Position numbers and translations under genes: made by a program
Shown: piece after piece, positions 29,881 through 41,252 of the stretch
Layout: each line of letters begins with the position of its first letter
Numbering within the stretch: position 1 is the stretch's first letter
Origin: Desulfatiglandales bacterium
Lineage (GTDB): Bacteria; Desulfobacterota; DSM-4660; Desulfatiglandales; HGW-15
DNA: 64,000 nucleotides
Direction of reading: 5' to 3'
NCBI GenBank assembly: GCA_963667015.2
Contig: CAXXJJ010000004.1
Location: 3,872,001-3,936,000, forward strand
The notes under the pieces: model-generated
Seen by the model: only the letters and a program-made list of their open reading frames with translations
What the model was told of the DNA's origin: nothing
Database searches by the model: none

Positions 29881-31481
29881 GCAGCTCCTCTGGCCCTTTG
29901 TTCATCCAACACGTTAAGGACTTTTTCAAGTAGAGACATATTTATATGTGTCTGGCTTTTAAACTCTCCATCATAGGCCTCCTTTACCTGGTCGAGCTCA
30001 TAGCATGTGGTATTATCAATATTAAGGAGTATTCCGGGGATCCCGGCCTTTTCAAAGTCATTAACATGTTTGGTAAAAAAGGGCTGGCAGCAGCAGCCTA
30101 TGAACGCACTTTCATTCAACCGCTTCATCATCTCCAGCTCGGATAAAAGATCCTCAAAACTGTTAACACATCGCACGTCCAGTTTTTTATTCCAGCCAAG
30201 GCTCCATGCCTGACCAACAGTACATGTACCGCACTGGCGGCATGTCTTTTTATGGCGAAGGTGGCATATAAGACTTTTCGCACAGTAGGGCAGAAGTAAT
30301 ACAGAGGGCCGGGCGGCTATTATGTCTTTAAAAGACCCGTTGGTCACCGATATCTGGTTACACTCCTCAAGGGGAATGCCAAATTCGGATGCTATCGCCG
30401 CCTTTTCAAGCGTCTGGTCCAGAGGTTTAAAAAAATCCTCCGGACCTATTCCCGGGATCGTTATACGTTCATCCCTGAAATAACCGTCAACGATATTGAA
30501 AAGCACCTCACGGGCAAATGGTTTGCCCTTGAGTTCCGACTCCAGGTCATAAAGAGCCCTTGAGGGAAATGACAGGAAATCGCCTGTTATGTAGATATCA
30601 TCAATCCTGTTTCGGACCCGGTCTACTGCAACAGTAAAACGAACGAGACCGTCCTCCACCTTGTTGGCAGCCTGCAGGATTTCCTTTCCCATTGATTTCG
30701 GTTTTATCCTGTCTATCCATTCCGGAGAGGAATAATACTGAAGTTTTTCTTTAAAAACCGCTTTTTCCTCAGGGGTTAAACCGGAAGGGACGAGCTTTAT
30801 ATCGAGACATTCTTCAAATCCTTTAACAATACTTTTCCTGATATCCTCCTGACCGGGAGTATGTCCAAGTTCCCAGTTGAGACAGGTAACCCGCTCCTTT
30901 ACAGAGTCAATCTCCTTTGCCTTTAATTTTTCAACGGGAATCTTCAGGCCTTTAAGCATTGTATCTACGTCAAAGTCCACAAGCATGGTCCCCTGGAAGA
31001 AAAATGCCCTGTCAGATTCGGTTCCGCCTGTGCCGGATATCTTTCTGCCGCCTATCTCAATATCGTTTCTGGGACGGAAGGACGCCTCAAGCCCCATATA
31101 CCCCAGTGCCTTAACCACTGGTTCACACAATGACCTGAAAAGACGCTGGTTGGGAATCTCCATATCAAAGAAATCCTTGTCACATATAATCTCCCAGCCT
31201 ATCTGATTTTCATCAAAAAAGATTGCACCCCCGCCTGTTATCCTCCTGTTTATATCGATACCATTCTCCAGACAAAATGATTCTCGTATTTCCTCCTCAA
31301 CAGACTGATGGTAGCCAATAAGAACAGATGGGGGAGAAAACTGAAGAAACCGGATGGTGTCAGGACTTTTTCGCTGCCCTTTAAGTTCAAGAAGTGTATC
31401 ATCAAGGGCCATGTTTTCTGCAGCAGTCATATGGCCAGTATCAAGCAAACGCCATTCTTTCAAAACAATTCCTCCAAACAA
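29877..31481 (-). CDS. Lipoate-protein ligase (LplA catalytic + accessory domain) fused to a Cys-rich DUF116-like domain
   Basis: NMALD, RRITGGGAIF, RPRNDI...GRKISGTG, ITGDF; C-terminal LPYCAK...C..C..C...GCCC. Confidence 0.85.
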   Translation of the reverse strand: MFGGIVLKEWRLLDTGHMTAAENMALDDTLLELKGQRKSPDTIRFLQFSPPSVLIGYHQSVEEEIRESFCLENGIDINRRITGGGAIFFDENQIGWEIICDKDFFDMEIPNQRLFRSLCEPVVKALGYMGLEASFRPRNDIEIGGRKISGTGGTESDRAFFFQGTMLVDFDVDTMLKGLKIPVEKLKAKEIDSVKERVTCLNWELGHTPGQEDIRKSIVKGFEECLDIKLVPSGLTPEEKAVFKEKLQYYSSPEWIDRIKPKSMGKEILQAANKVEDGLVRFTVAVDRVRNRIDDIYITGDFLSFPSRALYDLESELKGKPFAREVLFNIVDGYFRDERITIPGIGPEDFFKPLDQTLEKAAIASEFGIPLEECNQISVTNGSFKDIIAARPSVLLLPYCAKSLICHLRHKKTCRQCGTCTVGQAWSLGWNKKLDVRCVNSFEDLLSELEMMKRLNESAFIGCCCQPFFTKHVNDFEKAGIPGILLNIDNTTCYELDQVKEAYDGEFKSQTHINMSLLEKVLNVLDEQRARGAA

Positions 31482-31656
31482 ATTACAAAATTACAAATTA
31501 AGTCTTAAAACAAACTTTGCATATTCTCAATAGAGATCAAATCTGTCAATACCTCTATATCATTGCACATGTAAAATTATAGATTACTGAGTAAAATTGA
31601 TGTAATTAATAGAAGGTTTAGGCCTGATAGTAAAAAACCAGCATCTATAATATGCC

Positions 31657-31688
31657 AAAAAAAGGGCATGAAATTTCATGCCCTTTTT
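31657..31688. terminator. Rho-independent terminator (bidirectional)
   Basis: AAAAAAAGGGCATGAAA/TTTCATGCCCTTTTT hairpin downstream of the TPR gene. Confidence 0.8.
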
Positions 31689-31717
31689 AATTATTATTCA
31701 AAATGTCTGCTATAAAA

Positions 31718-32401
31718 TCAGGAGGTTAAGGCCGCCTTTGCAACAGAGATGGATGTTGATGCAGGAAATTTTTCTATAAAATCCTTAAGGATCTCATCTG
31801 ATTTTGCATAATCGTTTTTCAGCCTGTATATCCTTGCCAGGCCCAGCATGGCCTGTTCCCTGGAATAATCATCCTTCCCGGCTGCAGCTTTTTCAAGAGA
31901 GCTTATGGCCTGATCATAATCTCCCTTTTCTTCAAAGCAAACCGAAAGGGCCAGCATGGCATAGGATGAATATGGCTCCTCCGAACTATCATTTAGATAT
32001 TCCTGATATTTTGAGATTGCATCATCATATTTTTTTTCGAGAACATCGATATAGGCCATTTGAGGCAGAGTGAGATCTGCCACACTTGACATTTTATAGT
32101 CTGCCAGGACCTTCGCAAAGTTTTCACGGGATTTTGTGAGTTCTTCCTCGTTTTTGTCAGCCATCATATTTTCGGAGATTGCATAATATCCGACATTATA
32201 TGCGTCCTGGGCCTTTGAATTAAGGTTTTTAAAATAATAATTAGCGCCTATAAAAATGAGGATAACAGCAAGAATGCAGTAGCCCACGATCTCCATCTGC
32301 TTTTTGTGTTCACCCGCGTACCTGAGCATCTTGCCTGAAAAGGTAATAAACTCATCGTTAGTTGATAAAAGTTCTTTTCTGGATTTTTTTGCTTTTGCCA
32401 T
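31718..32401 (-). CDS. Membrane-anchored TPR protein (YfgM-like)
   Basis: RKELL...DEF, single TM, TPR repeats. Confidence 0.8.
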   Translation of the reverse strand: MAKAKKSRKELLSTNDEFITFSGKMLRYAGEHKKQMEIVGYCILAVILIFIGANYYFKNLNSKAQDAYNVGYYAISENMMADKNEEELTKSRENFAKVLADYKMSSVADLTLPQMAYIDVLEKKYDDAISKYQEYLNDSSEEPYSSYAMLALSVCFEEKGDYDQAISSLEKAAAGKDDYSREQAMLGLARIYRLKNDYAKSDEILKDFIEKFPASTSISVAKAALTS

Positions 32402-32564
32402 TTGATTCCCTCTTTCTGGAAAGTGACCAACCCTGATGATGCCCGGGGATTATCAGAAATCCTCTATCGGTGCATTCCGGACAGATTCGTAACAGACCCA
32501 CTATTTTCAGTCAAGTGAAAAGATTTCTTGTTCAAAGCTATATGTAAGATTATACTTCCTTTTT

Positions 32565-33170
32565 ATGAACTATATATTAGAACATCTCGATAAAATGCCT
32601 GACATTCTTGTCTATCTTGTCCTGGGATTCAGTGCATTTATGGAAAATATTTTTCCCCCGGCCCCCGGTGACATGGTTGTGGCATTCGGAGCCTTTCTGG
32701 TCGGGGCAGGGCGTCTTGGATTTTTCGGGGTATTTATTTCCACAACCCTTGGAAGTCTATTAGGCTTTATGACGCTTTTCGGACTTGGGGGATATCTTGG
32801 CCGCAGGTTTTTTATTGAACGTGATTTCTTTTTCTTTAAAAAGGAAGACATTATTAAAACCGGTAACTGGTTTAAGAAATACGGATATTTTATTGTCTCC
32901 TTTAACAGATTCTTTCCGGGAGTACGTTCCGTGATATCAATAGCCGGCGGTATATACAAACTGAACCGGATAAAGGTGGTTTTCCTTGCCCTTTTAAGCG
33001 CGGCCCTATGGAACCTTATCTGGATGGGCATTGGATATACACTCGGCAGCAACTGGGAAAAGGTAGAAAATGAGCTTAAAACGATTTTTACACGATATAA
33101 CATCGTAGTTTTAAGTCTGTTACTGGTTCTTTTTGTGTATGTTATTTTTAAAAGAAATAAGCAGAAATAG
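32565..33170 (+). CDS. dedA: DedA family membrane protein
   Basis: ENIFPPAPGD, F.KYG...V...RFFPGVRS.IS..G. Confidence 0.88.
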   Translation: MNYILEHLDKMPDILVYLVLGFSAFMENIFPPAPGDMVVAFGAFLVGAGRLGFFGVFISTTLGSLLGFMTLFGLGGYLGRRFFIERDFFFFKKEDIIKTGNWFKKYGYFIVSFNRFFPGVRSVISIAGGIYKLNRIKVVFLALLSAALWNLIWMGIGYTLGSNWEKVENELKTIFTRYNIVVLSLLLVLFVYVIFKRNKQK

Positions 33171-33343
33171 ATCCGATATCAGGGTTGACACTTGGATAAT
33201 GTAATTTTAGTATACTCAGTGGTTCAGCGCAGTGCCCCGGAATAAAATCCGGGAATAAAATCTCCGGAGATTTTCCGGAAATTTTTTTGCCCGAATACTG
33301 CCATGGAGTGAACCATATAAAATATGTATTCTCAGGAGAATAA

Positions 33344-34642
<1,299 letters not shown>

Positions 34643-34709
34643 ATGTTTTAAATCCAGATCAGTTAAACTCCCTTAGTAAATGGATGGAGTTAATTGTTAA
34701 TAATATACC

Positions 34710-34789
34710 GGCGCAAGGTACAGGGCGCAGGGCTCAAGGAAAGGCTCTAAAATGTTTTTCCCTGTGCCTTGGGCCCTGCGCCTTGCGCC
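34710..34789. repeat. Inverted arrays of heptanucleotide repeats
   Basis: GGCGCAA GGTACAG GGCGCAG GGCTCAA ... CTGTGCC TTGGGCC CTGCGCC TTGCGCC. Confidence 0.7.
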
Positions 34790-34844
34790 ATTTAGTTAGA
34801 AGAACATAAGTAAATTTAAAAAACAGTATTCGTAAAATAAGACT

Positions 34845-36725
34845 ATGCCTGTAATTAACAAACAATACGACGTCATTGTCGTCGGAGCCGGCCATGCCGG
34901 CTGCGAAGCAGCCCTTGCTGCCGCCAGAATGGGGCACCCTGCGCTGCTTATCACTGTAAACCTTGATCATATCGCGGCCATGAGCTGCAACCCTGCCATA
35001 GGGGGTCTGGCAAAGGGACACCTTGTAAAGGAGATAGATGCCCTTGGCGGTGAGATGGCAAAAAATGCAGATGCCACCGGTATACAGTTCAGACGCCTTA
35101 ACACAAGAAAGGGTGTTGCTGTACAGGGGTCCAGGTCCCAGAACGACAGGGATCTCTACAGAAAAAGAATGAAGTCAATAGTCGAGGAACAGGAGAACCT
35201 GGATTTAAGGCAGGCAATGGTAGAAAGGCTCCTTGTTAAAGACAATACAGTCCACGGAGTTGAAACCCAGATTCACGAGCGCTTTCTTGGCAAAACAGTT
35301 ATCCTTACAACTGGGACATCATTAAGGGGACTGATTCATGTGGGGCTTGATCATTTTTCCGCAGGCAGGATGGGGGACCCGTCTGCAGAGGGTCTTTCAG
35401 GACATCTTGCTGAGCTTGGCTTTGAGATAGGAAGACTGAAAACCGGAACCACCCCGAGGCTCAACAGCCGGACAATAGACTATTCCGGCCTTGAAAGGCA
35501 GGACGGGGATGAAAACCCGAGGCCGTTTTCCTTCACCACAAAAGAGATTACCCTGCCGCAGCTTCCCTGCTATATAACCTATACAAATGAAAAGACCCAT
35601 GACGCAATAAGGGCGGGGCTGGATAAATCACCCCTTTACAGCGGCATAATAGAAGGCGTGGGAGCAAGATACTGTCCATCCATAGAGGATAAAATAGTAC
35701 GTTTTGCAGACAGGGAAAGACACCAGATATTTCTTGAGCCGGAAGGCCTTGATACAAATGAGGTCTACCCCAACGGCATGCCCACTAGCCTGCCGGTCGA
35801 TGTACAGGAAAAGATGGTAAGGTCTGTGCCGGGGCTTGAAAGGGCGGAGATATTGAGGCCGGGTTATGCTATCGAATATGATTATGTAAATCCGATACAG
35901 CTCAAACCAACCCAGGAAACAAAACTGATAAAAAACCTGTACCATGCAGGGCAGATAAACGGCACTTCAGGTTATGAAGAGGCTGCGGCCCAGGGCATGC
36001 TGGCAGGGATCAATGCCGTATTAAAAATTCGGGGAGAAGAGCCCCTGATTTTATCAAGATCCGAGGCATACACCGGGGTATTGATTGACGATCTTGTTAC
36101 AAAGGGAACAAAGGAACCCTACAGGATGTTTACATCAAGGGCGGAATACAGACTTCTTTTAAGGGAGGACAATGCCGATGCCCGGCTGAGAAAAACAGGC
36201 TATGAACTGGGCCTTGTATCGGAGGACGTTTACAGGGAATTCCAGGACAAGATGGCCAGGGTAGAAAAACTTGAAAACATTCTTAATGAGATCAGGATCA
36301 GACCGGATGCATCTACCCTTGATAAGCTGAAGGACATAGGGACCGCACCAATAAAAAATCCTCTGCCCCTTGGCCAGCTTTTAAGGCGGAGCGAACTTTT
36401 CTATGAAAATCTCTTTGTCTTTGCGCCTGATCTTGCCGAACATGATGCCGCGATATTTGAAGAGGTTGAAACCAGAATAAAATATGAGGGTTATATAAAA
36501 CGCCAGCAGGAATATGTGGACAGATCAAAAAAGATGGAAGACACAAAGCTTCCGGAAGACCTGAATTATGATGAGGTCTATGGCCTCACAAGGGAGGTAA
36601 AGGAGAAACTCAACACGATCAGGCCGATTAATCTTGGGCAGGCATCCAGGATTTCGGGGATAACCCCTGCCGCCATAATGGCACTTCAGATACACTTTAA
36701 AAGGGTACAGCGCGAGAGTGAATAG
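34845..36725 (+). CDS. mnmG: tRNA uridine-5-carboxymethylaminomethyl modification enzyme
   Basis: GAGHAGCEAA, MSCNPAIGG, RLKTGT, RYCPSIEDK, GQINGTSGYEEAAAQG. Confidence 0.98.
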   Translation: MPVINKQYDVIVVGAGHAGCEAALAAARMGHPALLITVNLDHIAAMSCNPAIGGLAKGHLVKEIDALGGEMAKNADATGIQFRRLNTRKGVAVQGSRSQNDRDLYRKRMKSIVEEQENLDLRQAMVERLLVKDNTVHGVETQIHERFLGKTVILTTGTSLRGLIHVGLDHFSAGRMGDPSAEGLSGHLAELGFEIGRLKTGTTPRLNSRTIDYSGLERQDGDENPRPFSFTTKEITLPQLPCYITYTNEKTHDAIRAGLDKSPLYSGIIEGVGARYCPSIEDKIVRFADRERHQIFLEPEGLDTNEVYPNGMPTSLPVDVQEKMVRSVPGLERAEILRPGYAIEYDYVNPIQLKPTQETKLIKNLYHAGQINGTSGYEEAAAQGMLAGINAVLKIRGEEPLILSRSEAYTGVLIDDLVTKGTKEPYRMFTSRAEYRLLLREDNADARLRKTGYELGLVSEDVYREFQDKMARVEKLENILNEIRIRPDASTLDKLKDIGTAPIKNPLPLGQLLRRSELFYENLFVFAPDLAEHDAAIFEEVETRIKYEGYIKRQQEYVDRSKKMEDTKLPEDLNYDEVYGLTREVKEKLNTIRPINLGQASRISGITPAAIMALQIHFKRVQRESE

Positions 36726-36970
36726 GGGCTGAAAGTGTCAAATAAAATTGTACGCCTCACTATAACTAACCTATTATAACTTAATTAAATGACATAATAC
36801 CCATTTATTATTTCAATTTATTCCAAAAAAAATGGATAAACATGTAAAGTTTTAAAAAGGACATGTCGATTATAAATATAGAGGGTTTGATACTCTTTTC
36901 TCCTACTGCCCCCCACTGCTTTTTCAGGGTCGGGGGCCTCCCTTTTTAAAGCCGGAATATTTAAGGAAAC

Positions 36971-36995
36971 GTAGGGGCGAAAAATTTTTCGCCCT
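36971..36995 (+). repeat. GTAG-type REP-like palindrome
   Basis: GTAG-GGGCGAAAAATTTTTCGCCC. Confidence 0.55.
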
Positions 36996-37116
36996 TTGAT
37001 ATCCAGCAGTATAGATTTCATATCAATATCCGAATTGACATATCTACCTGATAATGTCATTAAAAATGACAACAGCATCTTTACAGAAAATACACCTCTT
37101 AATTTGACTGCGCGTT

Positions 37117-38280
37117 ATGACGACAAATAAAATACCGAATGAGATTGCAGACCATACTCCAGAATCTGACCTGGAAGGAATCATTAAAAAAATATCCAGT
37201 AAATGTATCAGATGTAATAAATGCCTTGATGAATGCATTTTTATCCGAAAGCATGGAAAGCCAAAAGATATTGCGGATAATTGCAATCCCCTTGATTCAG
37301 CCAGCCTTCAGATAGCCTTTGAATGCAGTCTTTGCGGATTGTGTGAGGCAGTCTGCCCGGCAGGGATCGATCCGGTGTCCATGTTTATTGAAATGAGGCG
37401 GGAGGCAGTAAAAAAGAATCATAATATCCTGAAGAAATATGCCGGGCTTACGGCCTATGAAAAGATCGGGACATCAAGACGCTATTCCTGGTACGCACTT
37501 CCCCAGGGCTGCGACTCCATATTTTTCCCCGGATGCACACTCTCAGGCACAAGACCTGAAACCACCTTTAAAATCTACCAATACCTTAAACATACAGTTT
37601 CAAATATTGGAATTGTTCTGGACTGCTGCACCAAACCCTCCCATGATCTTGGAAGACAGGAATATTTTAATGCCATGCTGTTAGAAATGACATCCTGGCT
37701 CAAAGAACAGGGAATAAAACATATATATGCAGCCTGCCCCAACTGCTACAAGGTGTTCAGGGACTATGCAAAAGAGTTTAGTATTCATACAGTATACGAA
37801 CATATGGCAGAAAAGGAATTTCCTGTACCGGAAAAAATATCCGGAAACATAACCGTGCATGACCCATGTGTTATCAGAAAGGAAAAAGAAATACATTCGT
37901 CTGTAAGAAATCTTATAGAACAGATCGGACTTGATATAACCGATATGCCGCATTCAGGTATAAACACCGTATGCTGTGGTGAGGGCGGGGCAGTAGGGAA
38001 CCGGTCACCAGAGCTGGCCCAGAACTGGATCAATATAAGAAAAAATGAAAATAAAGGCAGCCGGGTGATTACTTACTGTGCAGGATGTGCGGGCAAGCTC
38101 AGAGCATCCATGCCGTCAAGCCATATACTTGATCTTCTGTTTGATCCTGAGGCTGTAATTGCGGGAAGGGAGAAGGTATCGAAACCTCCATTCACATACT
38201 GGAACAGGCTGAGACTGAAGAAAAAATTGAAGAAGGAAAAGGATATTGTAATATCCAGAGAGAGGGAATACCTACCCTGA
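37117..38280 (+). CDS. (Fe-S)-binding oxidoreductase with 4Fe-4S and CCG domains
   Basis: CIRCNKCLDEC, CSLCGLCEAVCP, FFPGC, ACPNC, HDPC, CCGEGG, YCAGC. Confidence 0.85.
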   Translation: MTTNKIPNEIADHTPESDLEGIIKKISSKCIRCNKCLDECIFIRKHGKPKDIADNCNPLDSASLQIAFECSLCGLCEAVCPAGIDPVSMFIEMRREAVKKNHNILKKYAGLTAYEKIGTSRRYSWYALPQGCDSIFFPGCTLSGTRPETTFKIYQYLKHTVSNIGIVLDCCTKPSHDLGRQEYFNAMLLEMTSWLKEQGIKHIYAACPNCYKVFRDYAKEFSIHTVYEHMAEKEFPVPEKISGNITVHDPCVIRKEKEIHSSVRNLIEQIGLDITDMPHSGINTVCCGEGGAVGNRSPELAQNWINIRKNENKGSRVITYCAGCAGKLRASMPSSHILDLLFDPEAVIAGREKVSKPPFTYWNRLRLKKKLKKEKDIVISREREYLP

Positions 38281-38299
38281 CGAAAAAAGTTCATTCCAT
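38163..38299 (+). repeat. Direct repeat copy 1 (3' end of the Fe-S gene)
   Basis: GGAACAGGCTGAGACTGAAGAAAA...GGATATTGTAATATCCAGAGAGAGGGAATACCTA.CCTGACGAAAAAAG.TCATTCCAT recurs at about 39206-39342. Confidence 0.85.
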
Positions 38300-38519
38300 T
38301 AAGATTAATACAACGAGAATAGATTGTTCGTTATATTAGAATTAACGTCTTGACAAAATATTATTTATTTGTATTAATATATACAATTATTTGGATTTAA
38401 TCATACATAAAATTGTATTTAACAGTACAATATGACATATCAATTAGATAAAAATCACCTTTTGAGTATTCTTCAGGAATGGAATCGCTTCCTCGAATTG
38501 CTTAAAGAAGAGGGGCTTT

Positions 38520-39191
38520 ATGGCTGATAAAAAGCTATTATCCGATTTAACAAAACTTGGTGTTCCAATGTTTGAGACAAGTGAAGAACCTGATGTTAAC
38601 AGTACGCTGGCAAAGGTAGTAAAGAGCAATGATACTCGCCTGTGGGAAGGTTTTCCTGTACTGTTAGCCAATGCTGCTGAAAAATATGGGTTTTCATTAG
38701 ATCAGGTTGAAAATGAATTGGATAAAAGAGAACAGAAAGAAGTTTTTAATAACTTAGTTCTTTTAAGTGGCGCTTTGTTCTCCTGCTTTCACCTTTCATT
38801 CCCCTGGTGGAATAAATTAAAAAAAAATCTAAGCAAAGAAGATAAAGACCGAGTAAGAGAGTGGAAAAACTCTTTAACTCATGACCAGAACGTCAAATTT
38901 ATGGATGTAGAATTTGACCCGACGCGCCTGAAAAATATGTTTGATCTCTACTTTGAAAAAAAGGTTGAAAAAGGCAAACGTCAAAAAGAAAAGTATGAGG
39001 AACTTTCTCTTGAATATGCTCTCTCACAGTTATTTCCGCCAAAACAAAAGGAGCTTTTTAAAAAAAAGCTGGAAGGCCTGCCTTTAACAAAGACCGAACA
39101 GGAATATTTCTCACGGCGAGTTAAGAAAAAGGTTGTTGCTCTTGCAAATTCCGAGTTGCATAGTCTCTCGAAAAAACTTGTAGAATTTTAA
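38520..39191 (+). CDS. Conserved hypothetical protein, possibly an antitoxin-like partner of AbiEii-type toxins (no partner present)
   Basis: ORF with GAGG RBS; upstream TTGACA and TTGTAT-N6-ATACAA palindrome; family assignment from recollection only. Confidence 0.5.
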   Translation: MADKKLLSDLTKLGVPMFETSEEPDVNSTLAKVVKSNDTRLWEGFPVLLANAAEKYGFSLDQVENELDKREQKEVFNNLVLLSGALFSCFHLSFPWWNKLKKNLSKEDKDRVREWKNSLTHDQNVKFMDVEFDPTRLKNMFDLYFEKKVEKGKRQKEKYEELSLEYALSQLFPPKQKELFKKKLEGLPLTKTEQEYFSRRVKKKVVALANSELHSLSKKLVEF

Positions 39192-39205
39192 AAAGCTCCC
39201 GTTCC

Positions 39206-39342
39206 AGGAAGTGAAACAGTATCAAGATCGCCATTTATATACAGGAACAGGCTGAGACTGAAGAAAAGGTTAAAGAAAAAAAAGGATATTGTAATATCCA
39301 GAGAGAGGGAATACCTATCCTGACGAAAAAAGCTCATTCCAT
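39206..39342 (+). repeat. Direct repeat copy 2 (diverged duplicate of the Fe-S gene 3' end)
   Basis: Near-identical to 38163-38299. Confidence 0.85.
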
Positions 39343-39674
39343 ATATGCTCGAGATATCCAATGCTTTAATAATAAAGCAAAAACTTGGATACATAGCAGT
39401 GATCTGCAATTCAACCACTCTAAATCCCCCCAATTTTTATAATATCGGAAATTATTTCGCAGCAAAATATCATTCCAATATGGAACAAATATTCGCATTT
39501 TCAATTTACACAGAACAGGGTAACAAGATGACTTTTCTTTGATTTGTCTTGAATATTCACTAGGATATGCTATTAGTGTGGATAGTCTTGCCAAACATCA
39601 AAAAAACGCTGCAAATGCCTTGTATAGTATAAATTCACCAAAACCGGTTATTTTTTCGCAATGAAATAATAGCT

Positions 39675-40883
39675 ATGTTGGACACTATGAAAACAGAATT
39701 CACATTTATAAATGAATTAAAGGCAATCCACCCGAAAAATCTTATTGAACAACTTCAGGCAGAGGATCGGCCTGATTTTTGTACGTTCTGGAATTTAAAA
39801 AACGAGATCAAACCAGTGGATCTTTACTGTTATCTGTTTGCACGCTTTGGCCCTCCTAATGGCATACAAAACTTTCTACGTGGAGATCATTCTGATAACC
39901 TTATTCACTGGGAATGGGCTCTTCAGTGTAAAGATCGTATTCTACTGATCCAGGGACAAAATTACCGAACAGAGTTATGGGTTTCCGGAAATGTGCTACC
40001 ACCCGAAGCCTTAAAAGATCTTGTTACCGAATTTAAAAGCGATTTTTCTGAGTATGGCCCTAAAATGGGAAAAGTAAGGAAGGCGCTTGAACATTGGGTT
40101 GAATTCATCAATCCATATCAAAGAATACGGCGCTCTGTTGAAAGCCTTACTAAGGAATTGGAAAGTCTGAACCTTAGTGATAAGGGCTTTGATAAAAAAG
40201 ATCTTGCTGACTATGAATCTCCAGAAGAGTGTGCCAAAGATTGGAAACGCCAAGATAGCCTCTATAGCCGAGCCACTGGTTTGTGTTTCGGCATCCGGTC
40301 CATGTTACCTGTCATGGCGGAAGCGTTTGTTAACCTTCTTTTATACATGCTTATGAAGCCAGAACTTAAGAAGGACGACCGGCTTAGGGAAAATATAATC
40401 CGGCAACCTATCGACATACGAATAAAAAGCCTTCCCAATAACTGTATCGGATTCGAAACAGAAGTGGATTATTCAACAGAGGCCTGTCGACGTTATCACA
40501 CTATGGTCAATGAAAGGAATGATTTACTTCACGGCAATGTTGTATTGGACAAATTAAAGTTTAATGAAATTTTTTTCAATGGCCGTGTTCCAGTATTTCA
40601 AACCTACTCAACGATGTGGGATCGCGCATTTGGTCTATTGCAGCGCTCTGTGGGTTTAGAGTTATTGCAACAAGAACGGGAAACAGTTGAAAGTCTGATC
40701 GAATACATCATTTCCTGTCTTGAGGATAAAAAGCAAGACCAAGTTCGGGTTTTTTGTGAACGTCATGAGCTGGGTATGTGTCTCGATGATGGTAGGCTCG
40801 GAGTCCTGTTTCCTGGGCATTTATCTGATATGAAGCTAGGACCAAGGGTAACACGAGATAACGCGTCCAACAGCATTGAGTAG
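39675..40883 (+). CDS. Hypothetical protein with HEPN-like motif
   Basis: MAEAFVN ... ERNDLLHGN (E...R-X4-H). Confidence 0.55.
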   Translation: MLDTMKTEFTFINELKAIHPKNLIEQLQAEDRPDFCTFWNLKNEIKPVDLYCYLFARFGPPNGIQNFLRGDHSDNLIHWEWALQCKDRILLIQGQNYRTELWVSGNVLPPEALKDLVTEFKSDFSEYGPKMGKVRKALEHWVEFINPYQRIRRSVESLTKELESLNLSDKGFDKKDLADYESPEECAKDWKRQDSLYSRATGLCFGIRSMLPVMAEAFVNLLLYMLMKPELKKDDRLRENIIRQPIDIRIKSLPNNCIGFETEVDYSTEACRRYHTMVNERNDLLHGNVVLDKLKFNEIFFNGRVPVFQTYSTMWDRAFGLLQRSVGLELLQQERETVESLIEYIISCLEDKKQDQVRVFCERHELGMCLDDGRLGVLFPGHLSDMKLGPRVTRDNASNSIE

Positions 40884-40934
40884 GATGTAAATTCTACTGT
40901 ACTCCATTTGCACCTCTCATGCTGAAAGTTAAAA
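40865..40934 (+). repeat. attC-like site
   Basis: GTCCAAC (RYYYAAC), arms AGCATtGAGtAGGaTGTAAAT / ATTTGCACCTCTCATGCT with bulges, GTTAAAA. Confidence 0.65.
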
Positions 40935-41252
40935 ATTGCATATACCCTGCCATGACAACATCAACCATGCATACAATACAGATCAATAGCAGATATATGT
41001 AATTATAAATTATACCTTCTTGGGCAGTCTTTACTTGAATATAGTCAGTATATATAGCAAGTAATCTTAATATTTGACGACTTTATAGATGTTGCCAAAT
41101 GAAGGAATATATGCTTTAAAAAACCTTAATAGTATTTCTAATCATATCCTAGAACAAAAAATGCCTCGGGGTATAATTATTTTCAGAGTTATCCAATAAC
41201 CGCATAATGTCCATTTTATTGGGCGATGGAGAGTATTTCGGGGAGTTGGAAT

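Noticed and set aside
32417..32480. Hammerhead ribozyme suggested by CTGATGA...GAAA
   Set aside because: The segment between the core motifs does not form stem II; CTGATGAT pairs with ATTATCAG instead
39345..39594. Short ORFs between the direct repeat and the HEPN-like gene
   Set aside because: No recognisable motifs or RBS; probably intergenic remnant
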